Source: a bacterium (GTDB lineage Bacteria > Cyanobacteriota > Vampirovibrionia > Gastranaerophilales > JBAXKC01). Taken from it: a DNA stretch of 64,000 bases. Positions 62,855-64,000 of this stretch are shown here, piece by piece (position 1 is the stretch's first letter; every line of letters starts with the position of its first letter). The stretch covers positions 32,001 through 96,000 of the forward strand of contig JBAXKC010000002.1 in assembly GCA_037137535.1 (NCBI GenBank), written 5' to 3'. The position numbers and the translations under genes were made by a program. The notes beneath the pieces are model-generated. The model saw nothing but the letters and a program-made list of their open reading frames with translations. It did no database searches and had not been told where the DNA came from.

Positions 62855-63594
62855 TTTTCTGTTTCTCCTATTAAAGTACCAATCTTTTCACCTGTTACAA
62901 TTTTCTCAATACTTTGTTCACTTTGTGAGTTAAACACAATAATTGGAATACTACTATTTTTACATAAAGAAATTGCTGATGTATCAATAATCTTCAGATC
63001 TTTTACAATGAAATCATCATAAGTAAGATGGTCAAATTTAACTGCATCATCAAATTTTCTTGGATCTTTTGAATAAACGCCATCAACTTTATTTTTAGCC
63101 ATAAGCATAACTTCTGCATTAATTTCAGCAGCTCTAAGTGCAGCAGCGGTATCAGTAGTAAAGAAAGGATTTCCTGTTCCTGCCGCAAATATAACAACTC
63201 TGCCTTTTTCTAAATGTCTGATTGCTTTAAATCTTGTATATGATTCTGTTATTTCATTCATTGAAATAGCTGTTTGTACCCTAGTAGAAACATTGTTTTT
63301 TCTAAGCATACTTTGTAGAACCATAGCATTCATTACGGTAGCAAGCATACCGACATAGTCAGCTGAAGCTTGTTCCATTCCAAGCTTAGCACTATTTTGG
63401 ACGCCTCTGAAAATATTACCGCCACCCACAACGATAGCCACTTCAACGCCAAGGTCGTGCACTCTTTTAATTTCAAGAGCAACATTATTTATAACCTCTG
63501 GGTCAATACCAAAACCCAGATTGCCCATTAGAGCTTCACCACTAACTTTTATTAAAACTCTTTTATAAGCTAATTTGGTTTTATCTTCGCTCAT
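62845..63594 (-). CDS. pyrH: UMP kinase
   Basis: [33 protein letters not shown]. Confidence 0.98.
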   Translation of the reverse strand: MSEDKTKLAYKRVLIKVSGEALMGNLGFGIDPEVINNVALEIKRVHDLGVEVAIVVGGGNIFRGVQNSAKLGMEQASADYVGMLATVMNAMVLQSMLRKNNVSTRVQTAISMNEITESYTRFKAIRHLEKGRVVIFAAGTGNPFFTTDTAAALRAAEINAEVMLMAKNKVDGVYSKDPRKFDDAVKFDHLTYDDFIVKDLKIIDTSAISLCKNSSIPIIVFNSQSEQSIEKIVTGEKIGTLIGETEKCQ

Positions 63595-63799
63595 ATATAC
63601 ATTTTCCTATTAGCCGTATTTTTACAAAACTTGTTACTATTTTACCCGAAACATAATATTTTTTACCACTATAAAAAAATAACTGCAATATTATTATTTA
63701 TGAGAGATAAGATATTATTATATAAATCTTATCATTTATTAGTTTTTTTAGTTGATTTTAAGACAATTAGATAAGATTTAATAAGTTTTTAAAAAATAG

Positions 63800-63828
63800 T
63801 TGCAAAATATTTATTAATTGATTAGAAT
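63800..63828 (+). promoter_or_regulatory. Sigma70-like promoter TTGCAA-N17-TAGAAT, divergent from pyrH
   Basis: Near-consensus hexamers with 17-nt spacing. Confidence 0.6.
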
Positions 63829-63855
63829 TTAAAGAAAAGAAAAATTCAGGATCAA

Positions 63856-63924
63856 ATGAAATATTTAATTAAAAATAACAATCGACGCCAATTACGTAAA
63901 GACTCATCAGGAGGCTTATGTTAG
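63856..63924 (+). CDS. Candidate 22-aa leader peptide MKYLIKNNNRRQLRKDSSGGLC
   Basis: ATG 63856 behind AGGA; contains CAGGAGG (63908-63914), complementary to the 5' arm of the downstream terminator. Confidence 0.4.
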   Translation: MKYLIKNNNRRQLRKDSSGGLC

Positions 63925-63972
63925 GCTGTGTTTGTTATTTTGCCGATACATATATAAAGTTTTTAAACTTTT

Positions 63973-64000
63973 TACCTCCTGTATTTCAGGGGGTATTTTT
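63973..64000 (+). terminator. Intrinsic terminator / attenuator hairpin
   Basis: TACCTCCTG-TATTT-CAGGGGGTA (9 bp, one G-U) followed by TTTTT at the window edge. Confidence 0.7.

Noticed and set aside
63942-63949. Sigma28 -10 element GCCGATAC
   Set aside because: No TAAA 15 nt upstream (AGGC is there), and it lies within the apparent leader transcript.

Overview
AT-rich (roughly 30% GC by eye), densely coding bacterial chromosome segment. I found no rRNA, tRNA, CRISPR array, transposase or integrase. It encodes a close homologue of cyanobacterial RpaA, a flagellar-type chemotaxis cluster and no photosynthesis genes, which suggests (inference) a non-photosynthetic relative of Cyanobacteria (Melainabacteria/Vampirovibrionia). 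Left to right: a partial MCP-hemerythrin fusion, an rpaA-like regulator, a subtilase-like protein, a 12-gene chemosensory operon (two CheY, two CheX, CheA with three HPt domains and an MshEN-like motif, CheW, MCP, CheR, a receiver, CheD, CheB, hybrid kinase), a 1147-aa repeat protein with a degenerate glycogen-debranching-like domain, an operon of split transketolase plus form IV RuBisCO-like protein, a class II photolyase, housekeeping genes (lgt, thiG, coaX, sdaAB/AA, spmAB, metY, upp, pgeF, uppS, rdgB, rpe, rnc, cdsA, frr, pyrH), a tandem WYL pair and a type IV pilin. Best candidates for new biology: (1) the transketolase-RLP operon, whose transketolase appears to have lost several substrate-binding residues, suggesting an alternative SAM-byproduct salvage route; (2) unrelated enzymes sharing low-complexity N-terminal extensions with an xF[K/R/T/S][A/G/S] motif, two of them with an identical upstream TTAAG-N13-GATACAC element; (3) a candidate anti-SD sRNA, a leader-peptide attenuator and an unannotated 57-aa ORF behind a sigma28-like promoter; (4) a PfkB kinase with an inserted ferredoxin domain. 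All assignments come from reading motifs by eye; no database searches were run.
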